A stretch of 56,193 nucleotides of DNA, the filler included, from Squatina squatina (Eukaryota): NCBI GenBank assembly GCA_031763465.1. It is 4 parts of 4 records of this genome, joined end to end, with 100 filler letters (N's around TTAATTAATTAA, not from the genome) between each part and the next. Parts side by side here need not be neighbours in the genome. Positions count along the whole stretch, not along the records: positions 1 to 15,225 come from JARFOE010000001.1; 3 more parts are not named here. One strand, given 5' to 3'. Under the pieces are notes generated by a model. The model made no database searches and was not told the DNA's origin. It worked only from the letters and a program-made list of their open reading frames with translations. The position numbers and the translations under genes are program-made. Each line of letters begins with the position of its first letter. The stretch's first letter is position 1. This document shows positions 1 to 12,180 of this stretch, piece after piece.

Positions 1-333
1 CAACACTAATTGACTTAATCCTTCAAGCTCTTTTTTGTACTTCAGTTGACCCAGTTTAAAAAACAGATCACGAAGCACCCATGTTGACACTTAACAGCAC
101 TCTCTACAATCCAAATATGCACCATATCACATATGTGACCACCAAAAAGAATGCCTTCTTTACTACAGTATATAGACAATTTGAAACTCCAAAGGGTGAT
201 CTCACCGAGGTGTCGTGAGCTCAAATGGATTAAATCAAGCTAATGAATAGAGGCTGCCATTTTGAAGCACCTGATACATGTCACCGTGCCATGTGACTGA
301 TGCCCCTGAGCTGTGACCTCCAAGCATCCAGAT

Positions 334-761
334 CTAGTCGGCCTTCAGTACTTTCCTGGTGCTGCTGCTCAAGTAGGCCTCATAGAAAAACTGGCAGAAA
401 AGCACAAAGTAGCTGAGGTACATGAGAGAGGACCAGACAATGTTGTGCATGTGGGATGGGCACTGGCCCTGCTGCATCCACTCATACACCAAATAGTTAA
501 CAACGCAGCCCAATAACATCTGGGTGATCTGTGTCATGGTGATGAACATGGCAAACTTGCGTGAAACTCTGAAGCCAGCAGCTCGCAAAGCGTAATAGGA
601 ATACATGACAGCGTGCACGCCATAGTTCATTGTCATAAACCACCCTCCTCCAGCCACCATGTCTTTGTAAGAGTACCAGGAGTAAAGGAGTACTGTGATA
701 TGATGGTACCAGTGTAGGAAGATGAGCTTCTGCTTCCTCAGTATAATGAAAATTGTGTCTC
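334..761 (-). CDS. ELOVL6: ELOVL fatty acid elongase 6, last coding exon
   Basis: Reads (G)[63 protein letters not shown]...RKVLKAD*, with the ELO HWYHH histidine box and a C-terminal lysine ER-retrieval-type tail. Acceptor ttttcAG at 763-762. Confidence 0.97.
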
Positions 762-1000
762 CTGAAAAGACAAATAGNNNNNNNNNNNNNNNNNNNNNNN
801 NNNNNNNNNNNNNNNNNNNNNNNNNNNNNNNNNNNNNNNNNNNNNNNNNNNNNNNNNNNNNNNNNNNNNNNNNNNNNGGGAACCAAACAGTGTTTGATTA
901 ATGTTCAACTGGTTCAGTGACCACTATTTCTATAAAACACGATTTTCACTACATGGTCCAGAGCATGCAGCAAAAAACATAAACTTTCTTCCATACTCAC

Positions 1001-1152
1001 CTAGCTCAGGTGCCTTGCTCAACACAAATGCGTATGCCCAGAATTTGCTGATCGGTCCATTGTAGAAGCCTTGGTCACACACCGACTGCTTCAAGCCGCT
1101 GGTCGTCAGGATGTATACCATGTACGCTCCGGTACGGACTGCACCAATAATA
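1001..1152 (-). CDS. ELOVL6: ELOVL6 internal exon (152 bp)
   Basis: (S)[50 protein letters not shown](G). Acceptor AG at 1154-1153, donor GTGAGT from 1000. Phases join the flanking exons in frame. Confidence 0.97.
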
Positions 1153-1742
1153 CTTTGAGGAAAGAAAGGACAACAAAATAATGTGGCATAATATTACTAT
1201 AATGAAGATATTAAGCTATAGCAACCATATTTTTCTTCAAACCTATGCAAATGAACCCTTATTAAGTACGAACACAGCAGAGTTTTTTTTTAAAGCAATA
1301 ATGTTTTGTATAATAAATGCGTATTTTGTGGGTCTTGTGTAAAATGATTCCCATATCACATGAAATTAAGCAAGACACTAATGCACATACCAATTAGCTG
1401 TCTCAGACAAAGAGACTCTGAAATTGGTTTGAAACTTGCTGAAAGTGCAGAGTCAAGACCCGTTTGAATTAAGCTCAGAAGTCAATTCATTGATTTGGCT
1501 TTTCTATTCTTGCAGGTACTGATAGAAGGACTTTATTACACGTTATCCTGGACATCTGAAACCAACTTTAGTTCCCGAATACAAGAAATGCCAAGTCTCG
1601 CGGTCTCCTGATTTTACACGCTCACTAAAACTATCCCAAATTTCACTGATCTTTGAAATTTTAAACAATGTGCTAGTCTGTGGTTGAATGTGTAGTTTTG
1701 TGTTACATTTCTAAACAATATATAAGATTCACCTACTTCACT

Positions 1743-2500
1743 GGCCTGAATTTTGCATGCAATAGTAACGGTGAGGCTATCAGCGCTCACCGTTATAATA
1801 GAGGAAATCTGACATCAACTTCTGGAGTACGCACATGCGCAGCTAAATGCAGAAATTGGGAAGTTGCTGTCAGAGATACCCTGCTCCTCCAGAGTGCACT
1901 GTCCTCACTGTTAAAGTCTTTTCAATGCAAAGTCCAACAGCATGAACTTGGTGTACTTACCCACTAGTTCCTCACTAAAATGGCTGAAAAAGTTAGGGCT
2001 GGCGGATTCAAGAGCAAGTGAGTTTTTAATGGCTCGAAAAGTGATCATTACTGCTGAACAATCTGACGCTGAAAAAATAAATTTGACAAATGTGGACTCT
2101 CGTGCTCTCAGAAAATTAGTGTTGGAGATTTTTTTTCCCAATTAAAATTTATTTTCACTTTTTCTTTCTGTATTTTATCTCTCCCTTAATTCCATCTGTA
2201 TTTTACAATCAATATTTTGCTTTCTGTGCATGATTTAAATCTTTGGATATTTCCTCCTTTATACTTCCTGGTTTGGACTCTGTGTCTCAGTGAAGGTTCT
2301 TTAATCAGATTGGCTGAAGAGCCTTGCTGTTGCTCGCCCTGCTCATACGCATCACAAATGCCCTGTAGAGAGCGCTGTGCTGGAAAAGATGCCAGATTAG
2401 AGGAAATCTTCGCTGACAAGCCCACAAAATGTCTGTGAGCAGCAGTCAGTCAGGTGAATGACAAGCGCCGTACCTTCCCGTTTAGAGCAAAATCTGGGCC
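1743..2500. mobile_element. Non-autonomous DNA transposon (Harbinger-like MITE) in ELOVL6 intron
   Basis: Imperfect terminal inverted repeats GGCCTGAATTTTGC (1743-1756) and GCAAAATCTGGGCC (2487-2500); no coding capacity. Family assignment inferred from TIR style. Confidence 0.55.
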
Positions 2501-3130
2501 AGTTTGTTCCTCCAAAACCCCACATTTTCAGAGACACACTCTTCACCTCTAACCTTCACTCTGCCTCCCAGTTCATACTGCACTCTTCTCTATTCCTCCT
2601 CAATTTAACTTGGCAGTTTTCTCCCTTCCAACCCAGTTAAACTGGAACTGTGCTGCCACTCCTCACCCAAGTTGGTATTCTTCATATTAACTTGAAACTC
2701 CGCACGTGTGCATAAGTTGCCAGCATACACACGTGAAAACTCTGTGTATTCACATGTGCAAACAATGAAGCTCTGGGGCAAGGTTGCAAAATATTGAGTT
2801 ATGAGGCTGCTGAAAAGATATCAATGTGAAATGCTGACGGTTGGCATATATTACACACCAGCAACACCAGATGGCGGTAATAGAGCAGAATTCTGTTACT
2901 AAATATATGTTGTCATGTGCAACGAGTGTGGACATAGAAGCAAAGTTTTCTGAACCAAATTATTTAATAGATTAAAGCCTGTGGTACCCTTCCAAAATAA
3001 ACAGTTTAAAACCTGAGAAACTGGAAACAATATTTATACCCTGTAGCTGCTGTTCGTACAAAAACTTGCTGAAGAAAGGAATCAGAGAAAATCTCTTCCT
3101 CTTTCAGTAAAAAGGAGATATCAATAACAT

Positions 3131-3225
3131 ACAGAAGCGAAATACTGTGGATGCTGGAATCTAGAATACAAACAAAAAATGCTGAAAAAACTCAGCAGGT
3201 CAGGCAGCATCTGTGGAGAGAAAAA
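3131..3225 (+). repeat. Dispersed young repeat, copy 1 (shark Penelope-like element terminus?)
   Basis: ACAGAAGCGAAATACTGTGGATGCTGGAATCTAGAATACAAACAAAAAATGCTG... is near-identical to 19380-19480 and 52178-52254. Truncated by a gap. Confidence 0.7.
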
Positions 3226-3325
3226 NNNNNNNNNNNNNNNNNNNNNNNNNNNNNNNNNNNNNNNNNNNNNNNNNNNNNNNNNNNNNNNNNNNNNNNNNNN
3301 NNNNNNNNNNNNNNNNNNNNNNNNN

Positions 3326-4370
3326 CTGTAAACACTGATATTCACAGCCATGATGGCAGCAGTCTGAGATTGCACGGCAGGAAGCTATCCTTGCATGACT
3401 TCAGTCTGAGCTTCCATTGCAGTACCCAGATGTTGGGTGGCTTCTACTTGTGCTGCAATTTAAGTTGAGACATCGGCATCAGATGCTGCAATATGTTTGG
3501 GTCCATTGGTATGCTAATGGAGTTGCTCACCACTTCCATGCTGAAAAGGATAGGCCCCAAGCTCTGTGCAAAGCCCTGTGTCAAATTGGTGCCGGACTCC
3601 TCCATGCTCTTTGACAGGGTTTCTGGCAGGCTTTCCAATGCACCAGAAATTTTACTGTGCTCCCCATCAGCTTTCCCCATTGAAGTCCTCAACTGAGTCC
3701 TCTGCAGCAGAACTTGTGTGCAGCCTTGCCCTCTGGTGAACTGGCACTTGCGCTGTCCTAGCCCACCCTGCCCTAGCTGCAGGCTACTTGTGCCCGGTGT
3801 CTCAGCACATGCAGATCCCACCTCTATGCTTTCCTCTAAATTACACGCAGTGTCAGTATCTGAGCTGGTGCCTGCACGTGTGAAATCGAATGATGGTTTG
3901 TCTTTATCATCATTGTCTTCTTGCTCTTCCACCACTGCCTGAGCAGGTTGCAGTTCTTGGGTATGTGAAAGGAGAAAGGCACAAGGGTAAGACTGTGGTA
4001 TGGAGAGAGGTGGAAAGTAAGAGGTGCAAGCTTACACCACCTGCAGCTTATAAGTCAGAAGAGATAGTTGGATGAGGGTGAAGTGGGATACGAGAAGGAA
4101 GATTAGGTATGAGGATACTGTTAGGTTGGGTTGTTTCAGTCCCATCACTGGTCACGGGCTCAGCGATTGCCCTCCCAAGAATGGCCAGCACAGTCTCCTA
4201 GATGGGGCTGCGATTATGCAGGCATGCCTGTGACCTTTCAGGTAGCCCCTGCTGACTCCTATTGTGAGCTACCTTGTGCAATGTATTTGGATAATGTGCC
4301 TATCATGGTTGAATAGCTGACAGTGTGTGCATTGTGTTAGATGTGTGTGTAAGGTTATGCAGCAGTGCCT
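3326..4370 (-). mobile_element. Harbinger transposon relic, second (accessory) gene region
   Basis: About 3345-3860 is clearly homologous to about 36655-37153, which sits convergent to a Harbinger nuclease. Degenerate ORF 3444-3935. Right boundary approximate. Confidence 0.6.
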
Positions 4371-6714
4371 CACAACTGGAAATTTGAAATCAAGGCATGG
4401 TTTTAAAGATAGTCATTTACAAAACCATGGGAGAGCGAATCGGACACCTTGGCTAATGATACGACACAGACTGAAGTATTCTTAAGGTTTAAAGTTGCTA
4501 GCTTTCAGAACAATCTGGGGAGAAACAATACAAGTATGTGATCAAGGGAAGAACAATCACACTTAAAGTGGGAGCGTTGGCAAGTAAAATGAGCTTTGAA
4601 ATTTTCCTTTGTCAGCCCAGAAACCATACTTTTCTTCAAAACTAGAAGGAAACAGTTGCCAGTAGAACTATAGAACATTTAAAATATTGCATGCAAAATT
4701 ATATTGGCAATTCAAATAATCGGTTTCCAGGTACAATGACAAAGTCTATTAACATTGGCTGTTCCTGAGTCAGACACTGATCTGATCCCAAACTCCCATC
4801 AATGCTGCACTGTTCACTCGATACAGATGTGCAGGATTTATCTTGGCAACATTCTAAAACTTATAAGATAGTTCAGGTCTCACTTTATAATTACACCTTG
4901 AAGAAAATAGCACACCTTTGTTGCCCAAGTACTTCAGCTCCTGGAATTAAAATCAGATTTTATTTTAAAAAGGATGTCGAGTCAATAAACCTGACCTAAA
5001 TTAGTGTAGAAATATCAAGTGATATTTTTATTTCCAGATGGTTACATCCAGTTATGTGTTGAGAGAAAGAGATGGTTTAAGCAAAAATAATGCTACACAA
5101 ATAAGCCTAAAACAGGCATTGGGTTGTAGCTACTGTTGATGTAAGCATTATAGATTCCAGCTACTGTATTTATAGTATCAAAATAAACTGTTTACCCCAG
5201 CAGTCTGTTTTGTGAGACACATCAACTGGAATTCTAGAAGCAAGGTAACAGCATATTACTGTACAATGGTATCCTTGCAGTATAACTCATTGAAATATAA
5301 AAATTTGTGTGGTTCTATAATATTCAGCGGGCTGGAATTTATCACAATGGCATTGCCCACCATATCAGTTCGGCAGTGATGGTCAAATAATCGACAAATT
5401 TATTACTTCACAGCAGAAATATGTTGCACTTGCTGAATTTTTATTTGTTTGAAAAATTTGGATCTACTTGTGTCAGAGAATGTTTAGCCTTCCACAAAGG
5501 TTTTCTGCGAGGGCAGTGGGATTAATTTTGAACTGTAAATTCAAGCCCTGATACAGCATGGAAGAGTTTTGAAGTTATTTAAAAAAAATTATTTTCAGGC
5601 AAGAAATGAAGTACAAGCTAGACAGGGAGAAAACAGCTTTGATAACTAAACTTCAAGCAAATGTCAGGTTGACAACAGAGGTGAAAAAATTGCCTATCAT
5701 ATTACTTCACTTTCTTGTACATTGAAACAAATTTGTGTTGTCTTAGTTATAAATACTATGCATTAGTGTACCTCATGAAAATGAGATGTGCTTTTCAGGC
5801 GAGTACCTACATAAATGTATTTTTTTTCAGTACACTTACAGAATATACTATGCAAAGTTCCCCTTCCAAGTACAATAGAACCATACTTAATTATTGTCTG
5901 TTGAAAATATAATGCACTTAAATGGACTCTACTGACCTTTGACCTATAAATTCATGCCACAACCAACCAGCAAATTTGCCACTGAATGTAATGGGAATTC
6001 CTAAAATTCTCAGAAGCAACTTGTAGACGATAAGATAAAAGCTCCATAATTTGTTTGTGTGGGCGTTTTCACTGATGCTGTAAATCTAGTCTGGCTGCAC
6101 TCAAACAACTTCTCCCATGCTCGTAAAGTATATGCTCAATTTGCTTCATTTCAGACCAGACTTTGTTACTAAGGGAACAATAGTTACATATCCATGTGCC
6201 CATGGGCTGTGAACACAAGTTGCAAAACAATAAATTACAGACACATACGCCAGTACAAATGATAAGTTTAAAAGTCTGGTTATTGTTGAGGTGTTTGTTA
6301 AACAATATTAAAATATTCAAGTTAACAAACAAATTGTGTGAACTTTGTTAGACTAAAAGGTTAAAGGTGGATTTTTTTCCTTTAATAGTTAAAATTGATC
6401 TAATGTAAATGGATACAGCAAACTTCACCGATTAATATCAAACTGAAATTATTTCCATTTGGAACTAATCACCTGCTTGTGACATGTTGACCTGACATTT
6501 TATTGTTGGAAGTAAAAATTCTGAACCAACCTGCATGCGTTTTAATAGCTGCAGGAAGACCTCAAAGCCTTCCAGAAATTTCTCCCTTAGTTTGTCTGTC
6601 CACTCTGTGGGTTTGCTAACCAATACATACCTGTGAAGAAAAAAGCACTATGTTTAAAAACAATTTATAAAACTGGAATTCTGAGAACTTAAAAAAAAAA
6701 TTATTTAAACAAAT

Positions 6715-7030
6715 TATATGCCAGGACAACCTTCGGCTGAGGAAAAGAATGTTTGCCGATCAAGACCTCAAACCCATGCCAAGCTCATGGGCTAGAGGGC
6801 AGCAGTGATACCCAACCTCCTGTATGCGTCGGAGACATAGACAACGTACGGCAGACACCTCAGATCCTTGAAGTATCACCAACGTTGCCTCTGCAAAATC
6901 CTGAAAATCCACTGACAGGATCGGCAATGTCAATGTCCTCTCTCAGGCCAACATCAAGGCACTGGTCATGCTCAAATCAGCTGTGATGGGCGGGCCACAT
7001 CGCCCACATGCCTGACACGACTCCATTCTA
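6715..7030 (+). mobile_element. RTE-clade LINE fragment (3' part of RT ORF), degenerate
   Basis: Remnants RAAVIPxLLYASET / QRCLCKIL / WAGHIAHMPD spread over shifted frames; homologous to the minus-strand copy at 7290-8197. Confidence 0.75.
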
Positions 7031-7289
7031 AGGCCCATAAGCGAGGATACCACTCAGGCTAAATATAATAAAGATAAGGTAAACTGACAGGAAGAGAGTA
7101 ATTGATGCAAAGCCTGTGTTTTAATATCACTAAAATTGTATAATTGGGCAAGTCAGGTAAATTGATAAAAATTGTAAACCACAAAGGCGGCAGAGGCAAC
7201 TAAAAGCAGTACAATCCTGCGAGAAGTATGTGTCAAGAATGCTCCAAACTTCTGACATCCAACATATTGACTTCACTGAAGACTTATCA

Positions 7290-8197
7290 CGAGTAGTGTT
7301 CTCTTCTTGGGCAATCCCTCGGAGTCGATGACTTGCTTCCACTCCAGAATTGTGGGTTCTGAGGTGACTAAATAGTCCTGTACTGAATCCACAAACTCTG
7401 CTCCAGATGGGGCAGTTGGTGTTTGATGGGGCGAGTGGGTGGAATGCTCATATTTTCGCACACTCCTTCCGCTGCTTGTGCTTGGCCTCCACGTGTTCCC
7501 GGAGAAGCTCGAAGTGACTGGATGCTTCTCCTCCAGTTCAGCGGTCTTGGGCCAGAGATTCCCCATGAGTCGGTGAGGACGTTGCATTTTTTCAGGGAGG
7601 CTTTGAGGATGTCATTGAAGCGGCTCCTCTGCCATCCTGGTAATTGCTTACCGTGTCGAAGCTCGGAGTAGAGAGCTTGTTTCAGGAGTCGTGTCAGGCA
7701 TGCAGACTGTGTGGCCCGCCCATTGCAGCTGATTGAGCGTAAGCAGTGCCTTGATGCTGGCCTGAGAAAGAACACTGACATTGGTACGCAGGTCCAGTCA
7801 GTGGATTTGCATAGGCAACGTCGGTGAAACTTCTCCAAGGATTTGAGGTGTTTGCTGTACGTTGCCCATGTTTCCAACGCATACAGGAGGGTGGGTATCA
7901 CTGCTGCCCTCTAGACCAGGAGCTGGGTTTTGAGGTCTTGATCTTCAAACACTCTTTTCCTCAGGCAGCCAAAAGTTGTACTGGCACACTGGAGGCAATG
8001 TTGGGTTCACCATTGATGTCTGCCCTCGTAGACAGGAGGTTCCCAAGGTATGGAAATTGGTCCACTTTGTCCAGGGGCTCGCTGCGGATCTGGATGGTCG
8101 GGGGGCAGTGCTGTGTGGCGGGAGCAGGCTGGCAAAGTACCTTTGTCTTGCGGATGTTTAGACTAAGGCCCATTCTCTCGTCCACCTCAGTAAAGGA
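7290..8197 (-). mobile_element. RTE-clade LINE fragment (RT C-terminus to 3' end), degenerate
   Basis: GLSLNIRKTKVLCQP...VDQFPYLG, PTLLYALETW..KHLKSLEKFHRRCL and LKQALYSELRHGKQLPGWQRSRFNDILKASLK are typical RTE motifs. Frameshifted. Confidence 0.85.
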
Positions 8198-9054
8198 ANN
8201 NNNNNNNNNNNNNNNNNNNNNNNNNNNNNNNNNNNNNNNNNNNNNNNNNNNNNNNNNNNNNNNNNNNNNNNNNNNNNNNNNNNNNNNNNNNNNNNNNNCA
8301 AAAACATTTTATAGCCACTCGAAGAACAAAAACACTGAAAAGTGCTCAATTAATGCTCTGACCATGGACGCTGTGCATTCTAAGGCATCTATCTATTTTG
8401 GGACAGAGATCATTCCAAATCCCGATATTCAAATGCTAAATAAACTTCAGAAGGGAGAAGGGCTTATTACAGAAGTGTACCTAAACAACTTAGTAAAGCA
8501 GACGTCCTGAATAAGATTGCTCAGCATACAAAACAGAGAGCAGTACCATTAATTTAAATGCATTTTAAAAAAATGGAAAAATGTGCTGGACTACAGTTAG
8601 CTATCTAAACCTCTCTTTTTATATAATGTCACTTAAATGGGATAACAAGGACATGTCGACTAAAATTGATTTTATGATTAGTCAGTACCACAGAAGACTT
8701 CAGAAATTAGGTGATTAATATTGTGACTTTTACAAAGCATTATAACTTAACATTTGACTGCAAATATAATTGTAAAACTTAAAAAAAAAAGTATTTTCAG
8801 CTGCTGACAGAGGAAATAATATAGAGGCTAATAGGAATGGCAAGATAAAGTCAAACAGGAGAATAAATACAAATACCAAGCATACCAATACACTGTTATA
8901 CATATAATAAAAAAGACACGGGCTACAAGTGTTAGTGCTTCATGACCAATTGGTTAGTGAAGTGAGAGATGAATTTAATTTTCATCATGCGTGCAGTATT
9001 GATAGGCAATGCCATGAAATGTCACTAAGCCAGAGGAAAGGAAGTGGCACTTAC

Positions 9055-9186
9055 CTGAAGAGTGCAAGGCTCAGTGACCACAGTACCAACGGTTTCCTCA
9101 GTTCAAACTTGGCTCGTTGTTTCATCAAGTGCCGACCACCGAATATAAATGCAGCATATAGAGCTGAATACAAGAAAGATTTCTTC
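9055..9186 (-). CDS. ELOVL6: ELOVL6 internal exon (132 bp); first coding exon not visible
   Basis: (W)[43 protein letters not shown](S). Acceptor tttttAG at 9188-9187, donor GTAAGT from 9054. Confidence 0.97.
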
Positions 9187-9877
9187 CTAAAAATAGCACA
9201 AAAAAGCTCCATGAGTGCAAGATATGAGTAAATACAGGGCTGAAACAGCAGCATTTAAGCTTTGCCTGCAAATATAAACATACTCCCGACGATCTCCGGG
9301 AGATAATCTCCCGGAAACATTAGTGGACCGAGGGTATGGCGAGAANNNNNNNNNNNNNNNNNNNNNNNNNNNNNNNNNNNNNNNNNNNNNNNNNNNNNNN
9401 NNNNNNNNNNNNNNNNNNNNNNNNNNNNNNNNNNNNNNNNNNNNNCCTAGACATAATCCATTATACTAGAATATTGCCCAACACCAGCTTCAGTGGAAAT
9501 AGACCACAATGCAGCTACACTTTTTGTAAACGTAAAATTCACAAAGGTTATCTACAACTCTTCCAACACTTTGGCAACTCATCAAGCAAGCTGAAATGTT
9601 ACATCATTGTAATTTTTGCTGCCTCAGCTAGTACAACCCTTTCTGTGGGTCTGGGAATGTAGTTCATATAAACTGCAATCATAAAATGGATATCACGGAT
9701 AAAAGCATAAATGGGCTGTTCACATTGGGTACAGAAATGAAGAATATAGACATAAGCACAACGCCAGTGGGTTTGATATTTCAATGAGTATGTTTGCATC
9801 CCTCCACACATACTTTGGATACAAATACTGATCCGACAATTATTAAGACGTGGAAAGTCAATATTTCTATTCGGGGC

Positions 9878-10045
9878 GCTTACCTATTATAAGCGTTTAA
9901 GCGTCGATTACTTCGTTGCATCTGTTTAATATAAAGTCGTGCCTTTGATTCATTTTTGCACCGTTCCTGCATAAAATGGATCTGACGTGACTGCCTGCTT
10001 CAGCAGGTAGGGGGCGGTTCGCGCCGGGCTGTCTGCACGTGTTTC
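9878..10045 (-). promoter_or_regulatory. Candidate ELOVL6 non-coding first exon and promoter
   Basis: Locally CpG-rich. Minus-strand donor AG|GTAAGC at 9883-9878, TGACGTGAC at 9983-9991, GC box GGGGCGG at 10011-10017, E-box CACGTG at 10036-10041. Lies 5' of the ELOVL6 coding exons. Confidence 0.3.
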
Positions 10046-12029
10046 AATGTCTGCTCAAGGATTTTGTTGAAATTTGTAGTGAAATAAGGTCTAATAAGGC
10101 TTGTGTTAAGATTTACACACCCAAGACCTGATTTCTATTATCCAGCACAAGGTAGCTGACATGATGCTCTGTCGGTGGATACAACTGCCTCTGGCTGTGC
10201 ATGAAAGGATGGGAAGAGGTTCAGAAAGCCGGAAAATAATTGATGAAAGGCAGACGATGAAGTAGCCAACACAAGTGCTTGGTCCCCTCCAGCAGTAGGT
10301 AGACCCCTCGCAATGCCAGGGAAAGGGGGAGATTGAGGGAGGCTTACATCAGCAGTACCGGAACCGTTTTTCAAAACGTGAAAGATACATTAAAACAAAT
10401 CTGGCGCATGATCGAGAAATACCACAGTGGGGCGGGGGAAGAAAAATGCAAAGACATCTTTTCTGCAGCACGCCTTGTAGATAATACATCGCTCANNNNN
10501 NNNNNNNNNNNNNNNNNNNNNNNNNNNNNNNNNNNNNNNNNNNNNNNNNNNNNNNNNNNNNNNNNNNNNNNNNNNNNNNNNNNNNNNNNNNNNNNCTAAT
10601 AGAAAAGAAAGCATGGGTGTCACCACCCCAAAAAGAACAGGCAGTGTCACCGCCCGTTTCGCGCCCAAAGAATTCAGTCCAATTGTTTGTCGGGCAGCAA
10701 TTTTGGGCATTGCGCCCTCTGATGACGTCACGGAGGCCAATTTGCGCCTAGCGCCATGTTTCCAGTGCTCCTCAGTTAGCACCCAATTAGTGCCAGTGCT
10801 AAACTGAGGCCAATTTCACAAATTTCAATTTACTGCCAAAAACGGGCGTTAGACCCCTTAGTGCTAGCGCCGGAGTGCCAATTGGCCACCCGACAAGTTC
10901 AGCTCTCACTGCACTTTAATGAATTCTTTGTATATGTGATGGGTGAGGCCATTGAGTTTCAGTTTTCTCTGCGTCATTGGTTGTGAAGCGTTTGGAATGT
11001 CCTGGGGTTGTGTATGATGTTTCTAAATGGAAGCTCTTCCTTTCACAGAAAAAAACTAATTGCAGCATGTGATCCCAAACACTGATAAAATTCTGGAAAT
11101 CCAATGTAGTGAGAAGGAATTTCAATCAGTTGCCTTGGAGAGATGGTCTTTGTCATAGGCCTTTATTCTGGGCAGTTTTTCAGTTGTACATTGCGTTTTT
11201 AATTGTCAACTTTTTGGGCTTTTGCAAGTTTTATAGGTTGAAATGTCTGATGAATAGACTGGGTTGCAGAATGTTTTAACAGCTGCCAGTGTGCTTGCTG
11301 GCTTGCATCCTCACCCTATTAAACCCTGACAAATAAGTTCATTGACTAAGTCCATCCATGCATTTGATATCACAATTAGAAGGCTTGGGGCTAAATTCCT
11401 GTGTGGTACAGATCACATTTTTGGATGGAAGTTGAAGGATAATGAGTAACGAAGGGTCGCCAGCTGGCGCTACTATTGTGATCTGTCTCAATAACGATAG
11501 GTTTTTCCAAATTTGGTTTCCAATTCTTGAGTACTGTGGGCACCACTCTAATCCAAATTAGCCAGGACATTGGCACCAGCTACTCCTTGGGTAACCAGCT
11601 ATGAAGTTGATGAGGGGAGGTGTCGTAGGACACATTTCCACAACATGAGTGCATTTTTGCCTTACTTAGCATAATATGATCCACCATCCCTTTAGTAGCC
11701 CTGTTTATATAACACAAAAGATTAACGCATAAAAAGGTCAATGATTTACAGAAAAATGGATAGAATCTCATCCCCAAAATACTGGTAAATATCTCCAAGT
11801 TCCATGTAGTTAAAACAGAATTTCACCTCAGTCACTGTAAATCCATAGCCCTAACCACAGACTATGTACTAAACATTTGTTTGTCCCCGAAAATGAGCAT
11901 GGTGATTGCACCACACCTGTTCAGAGTAATGCAGATAGAACGCTAACTTTGTGCTGCCTGCTGCTTAGCACGATTGTGGCATTCAGACTAGTGCACTCAC
12001 TCATTGACACGCTTCCCTTTCTCTTGCAG

Positions 12030-12180
12030 GACAAGTTAGCTCATAACTGGCGCCAGCAGGAGGGAACCTGGGGTGGACATGTACGCCTCCATAACCTGGC
12101 TCCGATGGTAGAGTCAATGCTCACGTTTATTGGAGGTGTATCGCTCAGCCCGTGCCCAGAGGCGGGGCTGAATGAATACA
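12030..12180 (+). mobile_element. Harbinger Myb/SANT-type accessory gene exon relic
   Basis: Pyrimidine tract and cttgcAG acceptor followed by DKLAHNWRQQEGTWGGHVRLHNLAPMVESML, resembling the post-Myb 'K.AHNRR....TGGG' motif of Harbinger ORF2 / MSANTD-type proteins (recalled). Confidence 0.55.

Noticed and set aside
7824-8510. 228-aa ORF and other long ORF-track entries spanning N runs
   Set aside because: Antisense to an RTE fragment and inflated by X residues from gaps; no support as genes.
9295-9315. Perfect inverted repeat TCCGGGAGAT-A-ATCTCCCGGA as a regulatory hairpin
   Set aside because: Lies at a contig end in CpG-rich repeat-like sequence; most likely part of a transposon.
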